A stretch of 64,000 bases of DNA from an uncultured delta proteobacterium (GTDB lineage Bacteria > Myxococcota > UBA727 > VGSZ01), in assembly GCA_963775425.1 (NCBI GenBank), contig CAVZJB010000016.1, positions 96,001-160,000 of the forward strand, given 5' to 3'. The notes under the pieces are model-generated. The model was not told the origin of the DNA, did no database searches, and saw only the letters and a list, made by a program, of their open reading frames with translations. Positions within the stretch are counted from its first letter, which is position 1, and each line of letters starts with the position of its first letter. The position numbers and the translations under genes were made by a program. Below are positions 31,384-40,936 of this stretch, in pieces.

Positions 31384-32331
31384 ATGCACAGCGAGGGAGC
31401 CACGGTCGTCGTCGTCGGGGCCGGTCACGTCGGGAGCGCGTTCGCCTTCGCCCTCCTGCGCAGCCGGCTGGTCGAGCGCCTCGTGCTCACGGACGCGGAG
31501 CTGCCGCGGGCGCAGGGCGAGGCCATGGACCTCGCGCACGCGGTCCCGTTCGGCCCGCCCATCGAGGTCGAGGCCGTGCCGCTCGACGCCGTCCCCCGGG
31601 CCGACGTCACCGTCGTCACGGCGGGCGTGGCGCAGCGCCCGGGGGAGACGCGCGTGGCGCTCGCCAGGCGAAACGCCGGCATCCTCAGGGGCATCGCGCG
31701 CGGCGTCGCGGACAAGAGCCCCGACGGCATCATCATCGTCGCCACCAACCCGGTCGACGCGATGACGTGGCTGTTGTGGAAGGAGACCGGCCTGTCGCCG
31801 CGCGCGGTGTTCGGCTCCGGCACCGTCCTCGACTCCGCTCGCTTTCGCTCCATGCTGTCGGCCCACGCCGGCGTGGACGCGCGCAGCATCCACGCGCACA
31901 TCGTGGGCGAGCACGGCGACAGCGAGGTGCCCCTGTGGTCGCTCGCCACCGTGGGCGGCGCGCCGTTCTCGGCGTTTTGCGAGGAGCGCGGCGCCGCGTG
32001 CGATCCGCAGACGCGCGCCAAGCTCTTCGCCGCCACCCGCGACGCCGCGTACGAGATCATCGAGCGCAAGGGGTCCACCGCGTACGCCATCGCCGCCGCG
32101 CTCGTGCGCGTCGTCGAGGCCGTGCTCAGAAACGAGCGCAGCGTCCTGCCGGTGTCGAGCGTGATCGACGGCGCCTACGGCATCGAGGGCGTGTGCTTGA
32201 GCCTGCCGAGCATCGTCGACGAGACCGGGGTAGCCCACGTGCTTCGGCCCGAGATCACGCCGAGCGAGCTCGCGGCGCTGCGCCTGTCCGCCGCCGCCGT
32301 CCGGCGCGTCATCGACGACGTCACCGGCTAA
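31384..32331 (+). CDS. ldh: L-lactate dehydrogenase
   Basis: VGAGHVG, TAGVAQRPGETR (Gln specificity residue), TNPVD, GTVLDSAR, GEHGDS. Confidence 0.93.
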   Translation: MHSEGATVVVVGAGHVGSAFAFALLRSRLVERLVLTDAELPRAQGEAMDLAHAVPFGPPIEVEAVPLDAVPRADVTVVTAGVAQRPGETRVALARRNAGILRGIARGVADKSPDGIIIVATNPVDAMTWLLWKETGLSPRAVFGSGTVLDSARFRSMLSAHAGVDARSIHAHIVGEHGDSEVPLWSLATVGGAPFSAFCEERGAACDPQTRAKLFAATRDAAYEIIERKGSTAYAIAAALVRVVEAVLRNERSVLPVSSVIDGAYGIEGVCLSLPSIVDETGVAHVLRPEITPSELAALRLSAAAVRRVIDDVTG

Positions 32332-32462
32332 AGGCGGCCACCCAGGGCCATCCAAACGCCCACGGCGATGGGCGCGATGATGGCGATCCAGAACCACAGC
32401 GGCACGTTCTTGAGGAGCGCGCCGTAGCTCTCGCCTCGCTCGGTGTCGCGTTCGTCGGCCAT
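32328..32462 (-). CDS. Small single-pass membrane protein
   Basis: 44 aa with hydrophobic VPLWFWIAIIAPIAVGVWMAL; downstream of cusA. Confidence 0.45.
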   Translation of the reverse strand: MADERDTERGESYGALLKNVPLWFWIAIIAPIAVGVWMALGGRL

Positions 32463-32540
32463 GGCATCACCATAGCCGCGCGCGCCGCGCCGTCCAGTCG
32501 TGACCCGGCCCGCTGACCGTGGCCCCGTCACCGCGGCCCG

Positions 32541-35500
32541 TCACCCCGGCTCGGCCTCGCCCGTCGGGGCCGTGACCGGCAGCGCCACCTCTTCGGTGCG
32601 CTCGTCGACGACGGGCGGGGGCGGGGGCGGGGGCGGGGGCACCGTGGGCAGCCCGCGGCCGCGCCACAGCGCGAAGATCGCGGGGTAGACCGTGAGCTCG
32701 AGCAGGAACGACGTGACGATTCCGCCCACCATGGGCGCGGCGATGCGCTTCATGACGTCGGCGCCGGTGCCGTCGCTCCACAGGATGGGGACGAGGCCGA
32801 TCCCCATGGTCAACACCGTCATCAGCTTCGGCCTGATGCGGCGCGCCGCGCCGTCGACGATGGCGTCCTCGAGGTCGCCGCGGTGGACGAGCAAGCCGTG
32901 GTCGAGGCGCCTCCGGTGCGCGAGCTTCAGGTACAGGAGCATCACCACGCCGGTCTCGGCGTCGAGGCCGGCGAGCGCGATGAGGCCCACCCACACCGCC
33001 ACGCTCACGCTGTAGTCGAGCCCGTACAGGAGCCAGAACGCGCCGACGAGCGAAAACGGTACGGCCAGCAGCACGATGCCCGTCTCGGCGACGGAGCGCG
33101 TGTTCATGAACAGCAGGATGGCCACGAGCACGAGGGTGAACGGCACCACCCACAGGAGCTTGTCCTTGGCGCGCTCGAAGTACTTGAACTGCCCCACCCA
33201 CTCGATGCGCGTGCCGGCGGGCAAGGTCACGGCGGCGTCGACGGCGGCCTTGGCGTCCTTCACGTAGTCCGCGATCGGACGCGTGGTGTCGATGAAGACG
33301 TAGCCGACGAGGGAGCCGCCTTCGCTCTTCACCATCGGCGGCCCCGTCACGAACGACACGGACGCCACCTCCGACAGTGGCACCTGCGCGCCGCCTGGCG
33401 TGGCGACGAGGATGCGGCCGAGCGCCGACGGATCGTCGCGCAGCTCGCGGGGGTAGCGCACGTTGATCGGGTAGCGCTCGCGGCCCTCGACGACCTGATC
33501 GATGTTCATCCCGCCGACGGCGCTCTGCACCACGTCGTTGATGTCGGCGACGTTGAGGCCGTAGCGGGCGGCGCGGGCGCGGTCGACGTGGACGTCGACG
33601 TAGAAGCCGCCCGTCGATTGCTCGGCGAACGCGCTGCGCGTGCCCGGGACGCCGCTCACGGCCTTCTCGATGGCGACAGCGGCGCGCTCGATCTCGGCGA
33701 GGTCGTCGCCGAAGATCTCGACGCCGAGCGGGCTGCGGACGCCGGTGGCGAGCATCTCGGTGCGCGTCTGGATGGGCATCCAGAACACGTTGGGCATGCC
33801 CGGGGTGCGGACCTTCGCGTCCATCTCCTTGATGAGGTCGTCCCACGACAGCCCCTCGCGCCACTCGTCCTTGGGCTTGAGCAGCACGGTGGCCTCGACC
33901 ATGCCGATGGGCGCCGGGTCGGTGGCGGTCTCCGCGCGGCCCATCTTTCCGAACACGCGCTTCACCTCGGGGATCGCCTTCAGATCGCGGTCCATCACCT
34001 GGAGCGCGTTTTCGGCCTCCGTCGTCGACATCCCCGGCGGCGCCGTGGGCATGAACAGCACGGCGCCCTCGTTCAAGGGCGGCATGAACTCGCTCGACAG
34101 CGACAGGACCACCGGCACCGTCGCCACCACCACCGCCGCCGCCACGATGACGACCACCACGCGCCGGCGCACGACGAAGCGAACCACGGGCTCGTAGACG
34201 GCGACGAGGAAGCGGTTGAGCGGGTTCCTCCCCTCGGCGAACGCGCGCCCGCGGATGACGAGCGCGGCCAGGGCCGGGGTGGCGGTGACGGCGAGGATGG
34301 AGGCGAAGCCCATCGAGTAGGTCTTGGTGAAGGCGAGCGGGCGAAACAGCCGCCCCTCGGTGCCCTCGAGGGTGAACACCGGCATGAACGACACGGTGAT
34401 GACCAGGAGCGAGAAGAACAGCGAGGGCCCCACCTCCTGCATCGCCCGGATGATCACCTCGCGGCGGTCGTAGGGCCGGCCGCCCTCGCCCGCGCTCTCG
34501 AGGCGCTTGTGGACGTTCTCGATGAGGATGACGGAGGCGTCGACCATGGCGCCGATGGCGACGGCGATGCCGCCGAGCGACATGATGTTCGCGTTGAGCC
34601 CCTGGTAGAACATGGGCACGAACGCCATCAAGACCGCGAGCGGCAGCGTGATGATGGGGACGAGCGCGCTGCGCGCGTGCAGCAGGAACAAGAGGATGAC
34701 CAGGCTCACGACGAGCATCTCCTCGAGGAGCGTGTGCTCGAGGGTGGCGATGGACTTCTCGATGAGCTCCGAGCGGTCGTAGGTGACGACGACGTCGACG
34801 CCCTTCGGGAGCCCCTTTTCGATGGAGGCCAGGCGGTCCTTCACCGCGTGGATGACGTCGAGTGCGTTTTCGCCGTAGCGCATGACGACGATGCCGCCGA
34901 CGACCTCGCCGTTGCCGTCGAGCTCGGCGAAGCCGCGCCGGTCGTCGGGGCCGAGGGTGACGAAGCCGACGTCTTTGACGCGTACGGGGACGCCGTCTCT
35001 GCCGGCCTTGATGACGGCGTCCTCGAGGTCTTTCACGTCCTTCACGTAGCCGCGGCCGCGGACGACGTACTCGTGCCCGGCTATCTCGAGCGTGCGCCCA
35101 CCCACCTCGCTGTTGGAGCGCCGGACGGCGCGGATGACCTCCTGGATGGTGACGCCGCGCGCGTAGAGGCGCACGGGGTCCACCTGCACCTGGTACTGCT
35201 TGACGAAGCCGCCGACGGTGGCGACCTCGGCGACGCCGGGGACGCTCTCGAGCGCGTAGCGCACGTTCCAGTCCTGGAGCGAGCGGAGCTCCTGCAGGTC
35301 GTGCTGCCCGGTCTTGTCGACGAGCGCGTACTCGAAGACCCAGCCGACGCCGGTGGCGTCGGGGCCGAGGGTGGGGACCACGCCCGGCGGCAGCTTGGCC
35401 TGCGCGGAGCTCATGTACTCGAGCACGCGGCTGCGCGCCCAATAGATGTCGGTGTCGTCGTCGAAGATGACGTAGACGAAGGACATGCCGAACATGCTCT

Positions 35501-35777
35501 GGCCACGCACGGCCTTGACGTGCGGCGCCGCCAGCAGCGACGACGAGATGGGGTAGGTGACCTGGTCCTCGACGAGGTCGGGGCTCTGTCCCGGCCACTC
35601 GGTGAAGACGATGACCTGCACCTCGGAGAGATCGGGAATGGCGTCGAGGGGCACCTTCTTCAAGGACAAGAAACCCCACGCCCCCATCGCCACGACGAGG
35701 AGCATGGTGATGAGCGGCTTCTCGGCGCTCAGCCGGATGACCCGCGCGACCGGCCCCTTCGCCTCGCCGGCGCTCAC
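32541..35777 (-). CDS. cusA: Heavy-metal RND transporter, CusA/SilA (Cu+/Ag+) type
   Basis: PLDAIPDLSEVQVIV, GAMVDA, EFMPPLNEG, RIRPKLMT, MKRIAAPMVGG. Confidence 0.93.
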   Translation of the reverse strand: MSAGEAKGPVARVIRLSAEKPLITMLLVVAMGAWGFLSLKKVPLDAIPDLSEVQVIVFTEWPGQSPDLVEDQVTYPISSSLLAAPHVKAVRGQSMFGMSFVYVIFDDDTDIYWARSRVLEYMSSAQAKLPPGVVPTLGPDATGVGWVFEYALVDKTGQHDLQELRSLQDWNVRYALESVPGVAEVATVGGFVKQYQVQVDPVRLYARGVTIQEVIRAVRRSNSEVGGRTLEIAGHEYVVRGRGYVKDVKDLEDAVIKAGRDGVPVRVKDVGFVTLGPDDRRGFAELDGNGEVVGGIVVMRYGENALDVIHAVKDRLASIEKGLPKGVDVVVTYDRSELIEKSIATLEHTLLEEMLVVSLVILLFLLHARSALVPIITLPLAVLMAFVPMFYQGLNANIMSLGGIAVAIGAMVDASVILIENVHKRLESAGEGGRPYDRREVIIRAMQEVGPSLFFSLLVITVSFMPVFTLEGTEGRLFRPLAFTKTYSMGFASILAVTATPALAALVIRGRAFAEGRNPLNRFLVAVYEPVVRFVVRRRVVVVIVAAAVVVATVPVVLSLSSEFMPPLNEGAVLFMPTAPPGMSTTEAENALQVMDRDLKAIPEVKRVFGKMGRAETATDPAPIGMVEATVLLKPKDEWREGLSWDDLIKEMDAKVRTPGMPNVFWMPIQTRTEMLATGVRSPLGVEIFGDDLAEIERAAVAIEKAVSGVPGTRSAFAEQSTGGFYVDVHVDRARAARYGLNVADINDVVQSAVGGMNIDQVVEGRERYPINVRYPRELRDDPSALGRILVATPGGAQVPLSEVASVSFVTGPPMVKSEGGSLVGYVFIDTTRPIADYVKDAKAAVDAAVTLPAGTRIEWVGQFKYFERAKDKLLWVVPFTLVLVAILLFMNTRSVAETGIVLLAVPFSLVGAFWLLYGLDYSVSVAVWVGLIALAGLDAETGVVMLLYLKLAHRRRLDHGLLVHRGDLEDAIVDGAARRIRPKLMTVLTMGIGLVPILWSDGTGADVMKRIAAPMVGGIVTSFLLELTVYPAIFALWRGRGLPTVPPPPPPPPPVVDERTEEVALPVTAPTGEAEPG

Positions 35778-37465
35778 GGCGCACCTCCGGCGTCGGGCAT
35801 CCCCATCGAGGCCCCGCACGCCATGCCCTTGGAGGGCGTGCCGGCGTCAGGGGGGCGCGCCGCGCCCTTGGGGGGCGCGGCGGCTTCGGGGGGGCGCTTC
35901 GGCCGCGTGGCGGCTTCACGGGGGCGCGCCGCGACGTCGTCGTGAGGCGCCGCGACGTCATCGTGGGGCGCCGCCTCGGGGGCCAGCGTCTCGCCCTCGC
36001 TCCAAAAGCCCGTGGCGCTCCTCAGGCGGCTCTCGGCGGCGACCACGAAGTTGCCGGACGTGACGACGAGGTCGCCGGGCGAGAGCCCCGCGGTGACCGC
36101 GACGGCGTCCGCGGTCTCGCGACCGAGCCGCACCTCGACCGGGGCGAGGTTGCCGCCGCCGCGGTCGACGAACACGATGCGGCGCTTGCCGGTGTAGATG
36201 ACCGCCTCGCGCGGGATCTGGAGCACGTCGGGGCCGCGCTCCTCGATGGCGACGTCGGCGAACATGTCGGGCAGCAGCGAGTGGTCCTTGTTCGGCAGCT
36301 CGATGCGGATGCGGCCCGTGCGCGTCTTATCGTCGAGGTACGGGTAGATGAACGACACCTTGCCCGGGAGCGTGCGCGCCCCGTAGGAGAGCGTGACGAC
36401 GGCGGGATCGCCGACGTGCACCTGCGGCAGGTCCTGCTCGTAGACGTCGGCCTCCACCCAGACCGTGTCGAGGCCCGCGATGCGGAACACGGTCTTGCCG
36501 GCGTCGATCTTCGAGCCCTCGACCACGTCCTTCACGACCACCACACCCGATGATGGCGCCGTGATCGGCCAGCGCCGCTTGGGCTTGCCCGACGCGATCA
36601 CGTCGTCGATCTGCGCGGGCGAGAGGTCCCACAGGTCCATGCGCCGCCGCGCGGCTTGCGCGAGGCTCGCCTGCATCGCGCCCGCCGCGGTCTTGTCGAT
36701 GCGCTCGGCGGCGAGCAGCTCCACCTGCGCCGCGTACAGCTCGGGGCTGTACAAAAGGAGCAGCGTCTGGCCCGCCTTCACCTTCTGCCCGGGCTTGTCG
36801 ACGAGGAGCTTGTCGACGTAGCCGCCGATCTTCAGCGTGACGTCGTGGAGCTTGGTCTCGTCATAGGTCACGCGACCCACCGCGTGGAGGGTCGCCGACA
36901 GCGGCCCCGTCTTCGCGGGCGTCGTGCGCACGCCCAGCTTCTGCCGTCGCACGGCCTCGATGACGACCGCGCCGCTGTCGCTGGCCGCCGGCTGCGCCGT
37001 CGTCGTCCCGCTCGTCGACGCGGCCCCGTCGGCGGTGAGGCCCTTGATCCCGGTGGTGATGCGATACCGCGCGCGCGCGCCGGCGACGTCGACGTCGAGG
37101 GTCCACGCGCCCTTCATCGGGAGGTCGAACGAGGCGCGGTATACGCCGGGCTTCTCCTCGACCACCGTCGCCGGCGACCGCATCTCCGACATCGAGCCCA
37201 TCGCGGGCATCACGGCCGTGAGCGCGACGTGGGCGCCCGCGAGCGGGGCGCCGCCGCGCTCGACGTCGATGACGAGCGCGTTGTTCTCCTGTCGCGACGG
37301 GTCGGGGTCGAGGTGCGCGCGCAAGGTGACGCCGCCGGCGCGGGTCTCGACCGGAGCGCCGCCGCCGGAGCAACCGGCGACGGCGAGCGCGGCGCTCACG
37401 AGCACGGCGGCGACGACGACGACGACGCGTGAGGGGGCGGCGGGGGGGCGCGGATCAGCGTGCAT
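35774..37465 (-). CDS. cusB: CusB-type membrane fusion protein with N-terminal FixH/YtkA-like Met-rich domain
   Basis: Lipobox VAGC, MPAMGSMSEM, LYSPEL, VWVEADVYE, LLPDMFA, VVTSGNF. Confidence 0.88.
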   Translation of the reverse strand: MHADPRPPAAPSRVVVVVAAVLVSAALAVAGCSGGGAPVETRAGGVTLRAHLDPDPSRQENNALVIDVERGGAPLAGAHVALTAVMPAMGSMSEMRSPATVVEEKPGVYRASFDLPMKGAWTLDVDVAGARARYRITTGIKGLTADGAASTSGTTTAQPAASDSGAVVIEAVRRQKLGVRTTPAKTGPLSATLHAVGRVTYDETKLHDVTLKIGGYVDKLLVDKPGQKVKAGQTLLLLYSPELYAAQVELLAAERIDKTAAGAMQASLAQAARRRMDLWDLSPAQIDDVIASGKPKRRWPITAPSSGVVVVKDVVEGSKIDAGKTVFRIAGLDTVWVEADVYEQDLPQVHVGDPAVVTLSYGARTLPGKVSFIYPYLDDKTRTGRIRIELPNKDHSLLPDMFADVAIEERGPDVLQIPREAVIYTGKRRIVFVDRGGGNLAPVEVRLGRETADAVAVTAGLSPGDLVVTSGNFVVAAESRLRSATGFWSEGETLAPEAAPHDDVAAPHDDVAARPREAATRPKRPPEAAAPPKGAARPPDAGTPSKGMACGASMGMPDAGGAP

Positions 37466-38921
37466 GGTGGGCTCCGGCGGCGGCGGCGGTGTCTTTGGGA
37501 GGGTGCGGGAGGGAGACGCCGGCGGCGCGCTCGAGGGCGGCGACGCGGCGGAACAGCTCGGCCCACTCCAGCTTCTCGTCGAGGGTGAGGCGCAAGAGCT
37601 CGGTTTCGGCGTCGACCAGGTCGCGCCAGCTCCCCGGTGCCGCGCCTACCTCGACGGCCGCCTGCGCCGCCTCGATCTCGGCGCGCGCGGAGGGGAGCAG
37701 GCGCTCTTCGTAGACGCGCACGACCTGGACGGCCTCCTGGGCGTCGTTGTGCGCGGTCTCGATCTCGGTGCGCACGCGGTCGAGGAGCGCGGCCTCTTCG
37801 CTCTCGGCGTTGGCGCGACGCGCGTCCGCCTCGTCGACGGCGGCGTCGCGCCGCGGGATCTGCAAGGGCAGGGCGACGGACGCCCCGAGCATCCATTGAT
37901 GCTGCGGCATCGGCCACATCGAGTCGTAGTTGCCGCTGACGGTGACGTCGGGGATGTACGCGAGCTTCGCGCGCCGCCGCTCGGCCTCCGCGCGCTCGAT
38001 GCGCGCGCGCGCAGCCTGCAGCTCCGGCCGCGCCTTGGCGGCGTCGTCGAAGAGCTTCTGCGGCGCCTCGTCGACGATGGCGGGCACGGCGAGCGCCTTC
38101 GGCGGCGGTGGAAGGGGCGCGTTTGGCGGGCGATGCAACAGCGCGTTGATGCGCGCCACGACGTCGTCGTGCTGGTGCGTGAGGATGACGCGCTCACGCT
38201 CGGAGTGCGCGAGCGCGACGTCGAAGCGGAGCGGGTCGGCGAGGCCGGCGCGGCCCGCCTCGAAGCTGCCGGCGGCGCTCTTTCGGAGCGCCGCGAACAG
38301 CGCCGTGAACTCTGTGTTGGTCTCGAGCGCGCGCGCATTTCCGTAGAGCGCCGCGTAGAGCTGACCCGCCGTCTCCGCGAGCGCCTGCGCGGCCTCGCGG
38401 TAGCCCTGGCGCGCGACTTCGACGTCGGCGAGGGCGACGCCGCCCTCCGCGTCGAGGCGCCCCGGGATGGGGAGCTTCTGGCTCAGCTTGACGTTGTGGC
38501 CGAAGGGCACCGGACCCACGCCGACGATCCCCGGGACGCTCAGCGGCGCGAAGCTGTACGAGAGCATCGGATCCTCGAACGCCGTGTCCTGCGGAACCTC
38601 GGCGAGCGCCGCGCGCCACGCCGCGCGAGCCGCCTGCAGGGTCGGGTTGCGCGCGGCGACGGCGCGCACGAGCGCGGCGCGGTCGAGGGCGCCGTCGTCG
38701 CCGGCGACGCAGCCGCCGTCGTCGCACGCGTCGTCGTCGTCGCGCGCCCCGCCGGCGCCGCGGCCCGCGGGCGGCGCCGCGGGGACGGCCTCGCGCTGGA
38801 AGGTGTGTTGGGCCTCGATGAGGTCGGCGTGGGTGGTGCTGGCGCAGCCTCCCACGAGGAGGCCCACGAGGGGGGCGGCGAGCGCGGCCGGTCCGCGCGC
38901 GAACCGGAGGAACCGAGACAT
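37455..38921 (-). CDS. cusC: TolC/CusC outer membrane efflux lipoprotein
   Basis: Lipobox VGGC, ARNPTLQA, ARPEL, YIPDVTV. Confidence 0.85.
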   Translation of the reverse strand: MSRFLRFARGPAALAAPLVGLLVGGCASTTHADLIEAQHTFQREAVPAAPPAGRGAGGARDDDDACDDGGCVAGDDGALDRAALVRAVAARNPTLQAARAAWRAALAEVPQDTAFEDPMLSYSFAPLSVPGIVGVGPVPFGHNVKLSQKLPIPGRLDAEGGVALADVEVARQGYREAAQALAETAGQLYAALYGNARALETNTEFTALFAALRKSAAGSFEAGRAGLADPLRFDVALAHSERERVILTHQHDDVVARINALLHRPPNAPLPPPPKALAVPAIVDEAPQKLFDDAAKARPELQAARARIERAEAERRRAKLAYIPDVTVSGNYDSMWPMPQHQWMLGASVALPLQIPRRDAAVDEADARRANAESEEAALLDRVRTEIETAHNDAQEAVQVVRVYEERLLPSARAEIEAAQAAVEVGAAPGSWRDLVDAETELLRLTLDEKLEWAELFRRVAALERAAGVSLPHPPKDTAAAAGAHHAR

Positions 38922-39011
38922 GCGGAGCTCCTGGTCTGCAGGGCAAGCGCGCGCACGCAAGGCGCGCGCCTTGGCGCCGGTCCGCGCACGAGCGCGGGCC
39001 GGTCGTGCCCG

Positions 39012-39437
39012 TCAGATGAGGAGCGCGCAGTTCTTCAGGTGAAGCGGCGGCCCCGCCGTGGAGCGCGGTGTGAGCGGCGGCGCGTCGCCGGTGGGGAGCG
39101 GGGCCGCGCGCGCGGGCAGCGCGAGCGCCACCAGCGCCACGGCCGGCGGGGCGTCGACGACGACGCGCGCGACGCCGGCCTGCGCCGGGGCGGGCGTGGC
39201 GTCCATCTCGACGCCGGTGCAGCAGTCGCGGCGGCCGACGCTGTCCTGCGCAGGCGCCGCGTGGTGCTTGTGGGAGCAGCAGGAGCGCGCGTGGACGGCG
39301 CGGTCCATCGAGCAGGAGAAGACCTCGAGGTGCGCGCCGGCGCTCGTCAACAGCGCGACGGGCAGGAGCAGCGCGGCGAGCCAGCCGCCGGCGCGGAGCC
39401 GGCGGACGTCGGGCCTGGGGGGCTCACCGCGTGCCAT
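39012..39437 (-). CDS. Small Cys/His-rich leader protein of the metal-efflux operon
   Basis: CSM...SCCSHKHH...DCC; C-terminal PPLHLKNCALLI; first gene of the cus operon. Confidence 0.65.
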   Translation of the reverse strand: MARGEPPRPDVRRLRAGGWLAALLLPVALLTSAGAHLEVFSCSMDRAVHARSCCSHKHHAAPAQDSVGRRDCCTGVEMDATPAPAQAGVARVVVDAPPAVALVALALPARAAPLPTGDAPPLTPRSTAGPPLHLKNCALLI

Positions 39438-39493
39438 GCATCCCGAGAGTAACCACGACGAGCGCACGTGTCATTTCCCTCACGCCTCGAGCA

Positions 39494-39509
39494 AGCGACG
39501 ACCGTGCCA
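39494..39509 (-). promoter_or_regulatory. Sigma54 promoter of the cus operon
   Basis: Minus strand reads TGGCACGGTCGTCGCT: GG-N10-GC, one mismatch to TGGCACG-N4-TTGC. Confidence 0.6.
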
Positions 39510-39579
39510 CCCGCCCGGGCGCGGTCCGGGCGCCTGGCGCGTGTGCGTTCGCCCGCAGTCCCCGGTGGAAATCGCACCA

Positions 39580-39653
39580 CGCGATCTCGTCGCGGACGGC
39601 GCGCACGCCATCGAGGTCGCCCGCGGCCATGAGCGCGACGAGGCGGCTGTCAT
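39580..39653 (-). pseudogene. arsC: Remnant of an LMW-PTP-type arsenate reductase (arsC), internally deleted
   Basis: ATG coupled to the aquaporin stop, then an out-of-frame AAGDLDGVRAVRDEIA resembling the ArsC C-terminal RDEI helix. Confidence 0.5.
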
Positions 39654-40318
39654 GGGAGCTCCTCGGCGTCGACGAGCAGCCGGAGCGCCAGGGCGGCGAG
39701 CACGGTCCCGGCGCCCTGCGCCACGAGGAACGCCGGCGCGTCGGTGGGGCGGATGCCGGCGAAGGTGTCGCTGAGCGTGCGCGCGAGGGTGATCGCGGGG
39801 TTGGCGAACGACGTCGACGCGGTGAACCAGTAGGCGGAGCCGATGACCGCCGCCACCGCCGCCGGCACCGCGCGCGGGTGGAAGCGCGACACGAGCGCGA
39901 CGACGAGGATGAGGCTGAACGTGGCGACCGCCTCGCTCAACCACAAGGGCGCGCCCGCGCGCGCGTGGGCGGACAGGGTCACCGGCGCGAGCCCGAACAT
40001 CACGTTGGCGACGACGACACCGGCGGCGGTGCCCGCGATCTGCGCGCCGGTGTAGGCGGCGGCGTCGCGCGCGGGCAGGCGACGGCGCGCGGCCTGAAAG
40101 AGCGTGACGGCGGGGTTCATGTGGGCGCCGGAGATCGGGCCGAAGGTCCAGATGAGCACCACGAGCGCCGCCGACGTCGCCAGCGTGTTCGCGAGCAGCG
40201 CGACGGCGCCGTCGTGGGTCAGCCGCTGCGCCATGATGCCAGAGCCGACGACGGCGCAGCCGAGGCCGGCGCTCGCGAGGGCCTCGGCGAGGACGCGCTT
40301 CCCGAGCGGCGCGCTCAC
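39650..40318 (-). CDS. MIP/aquaporin, AqpS-like arsenite channel
   Basis: VVGSGIMA, SGAHMNPAVT, AYWFTASTSFANPA, FAGIRP. Confidence 0.9.
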   Translation of the reverse strand: MSAPLGKRVLAEALASAGLGCAVVGSGIMAQRLTHDGAVALLANTLATSAALVVLIWTFGPISGAHMNPAVTLFQAARRRLPARDAAAYTGAQIAGTAAGVVVANVMFGLAPVTLSAHARAGAPLWLSEAVATFSLILVVALVSRFHPRAVPAAVAAVIGSAYWFTASTSFANPAITLARTLSDTFAGIRPTDAPAFLVAQGAGTVLAALALRLLVDAEELP

Positions 40319-40935
40319 TCCGCGCACCCGCACGCGCAACTCTCCGCCGCGCAGGGCTGGGCGGCGCGGGGCCACGGCTCGCACGCGACCACCCTGCCGC
40401 GCGCGTCCTGCGGCGTGTGGCAGCAGCGCTCGAAGAGCGCGCGCAGCATGCGCCGGCCGCGCTGTACGCGCGACTTCATGCCCGAGACGGAGATCCCCTC
40501 CATGTGCGCGGCCCGCTCCTGCGTGAGCCCCTCGAGCTCCGTGAGGACGAGGGCCTGCCGGTACGGGCCCGGCAGCTCGGCGACGAGCCCGGACAGGCAC
40601 GCGAGCAGGCCCCGCTGCACGTCGCGCTGCTCATCGTCGTCGTCGTCGCCCGCGGCCCACGGCGGGCCCGCGTCGACGTCGACGGCGTCGATGTCGACGG
40701 CGACCGGCGCGCGCACGCGGGCCCGGCCGCGGTCGGCGACGCAGTTTCTGGCGATGCGGGTCACCCACGGGCCGAAGCGCTCGGCGTCCTCGAGGCCGGC
40801 GACGCCGCGCTGGACGCGCAGGAGGATCTCCTGCACGACGTCGTCGACGTCGGCGGCGGGCACGCGGCGGGCGACGAAGCGCCTCAGCTCGGCGGCGAGC
40901 GCGCTCCAGGACGCGCGGGTGCGGCGGTCGATCAT
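40315..40935 (-). CDS. ECF sigma factor, SigZ-like, with Cys-rich C-terminus
   Basis: DDVVQEILL, WVTRIARN, ELEGLTQ, SGMKSRVQRGR, tail ERCC...CAAESCACGC. Confidence 0.88.
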   Translation of the reverse strand: MIDRRTRASWSALAAELRRFVARRVPAADVDDVVQEILLRVQRGVAGLEDAERFGPWVTRIARNCVADRGRARVRAPVAVDIDAVDVDAGPPWAAGDDDDDEQRDVQRGLLACLSGLVAELPGPYRQALVLTELEGLTQERAAHMEGISVSGMKSRVQRGRRMLRALFERCCHTPQDARGRVVACEPWPRAAQPCAAESCACGCAE

Positions 40936-40936
40936 G

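Noticed and set aside
32614-32640. G-rich run (GGGGGC)n as a G-quadruplex or contingency tract
   Set aside because: Explained by the poly-Pro tail of CusA on the minus strand
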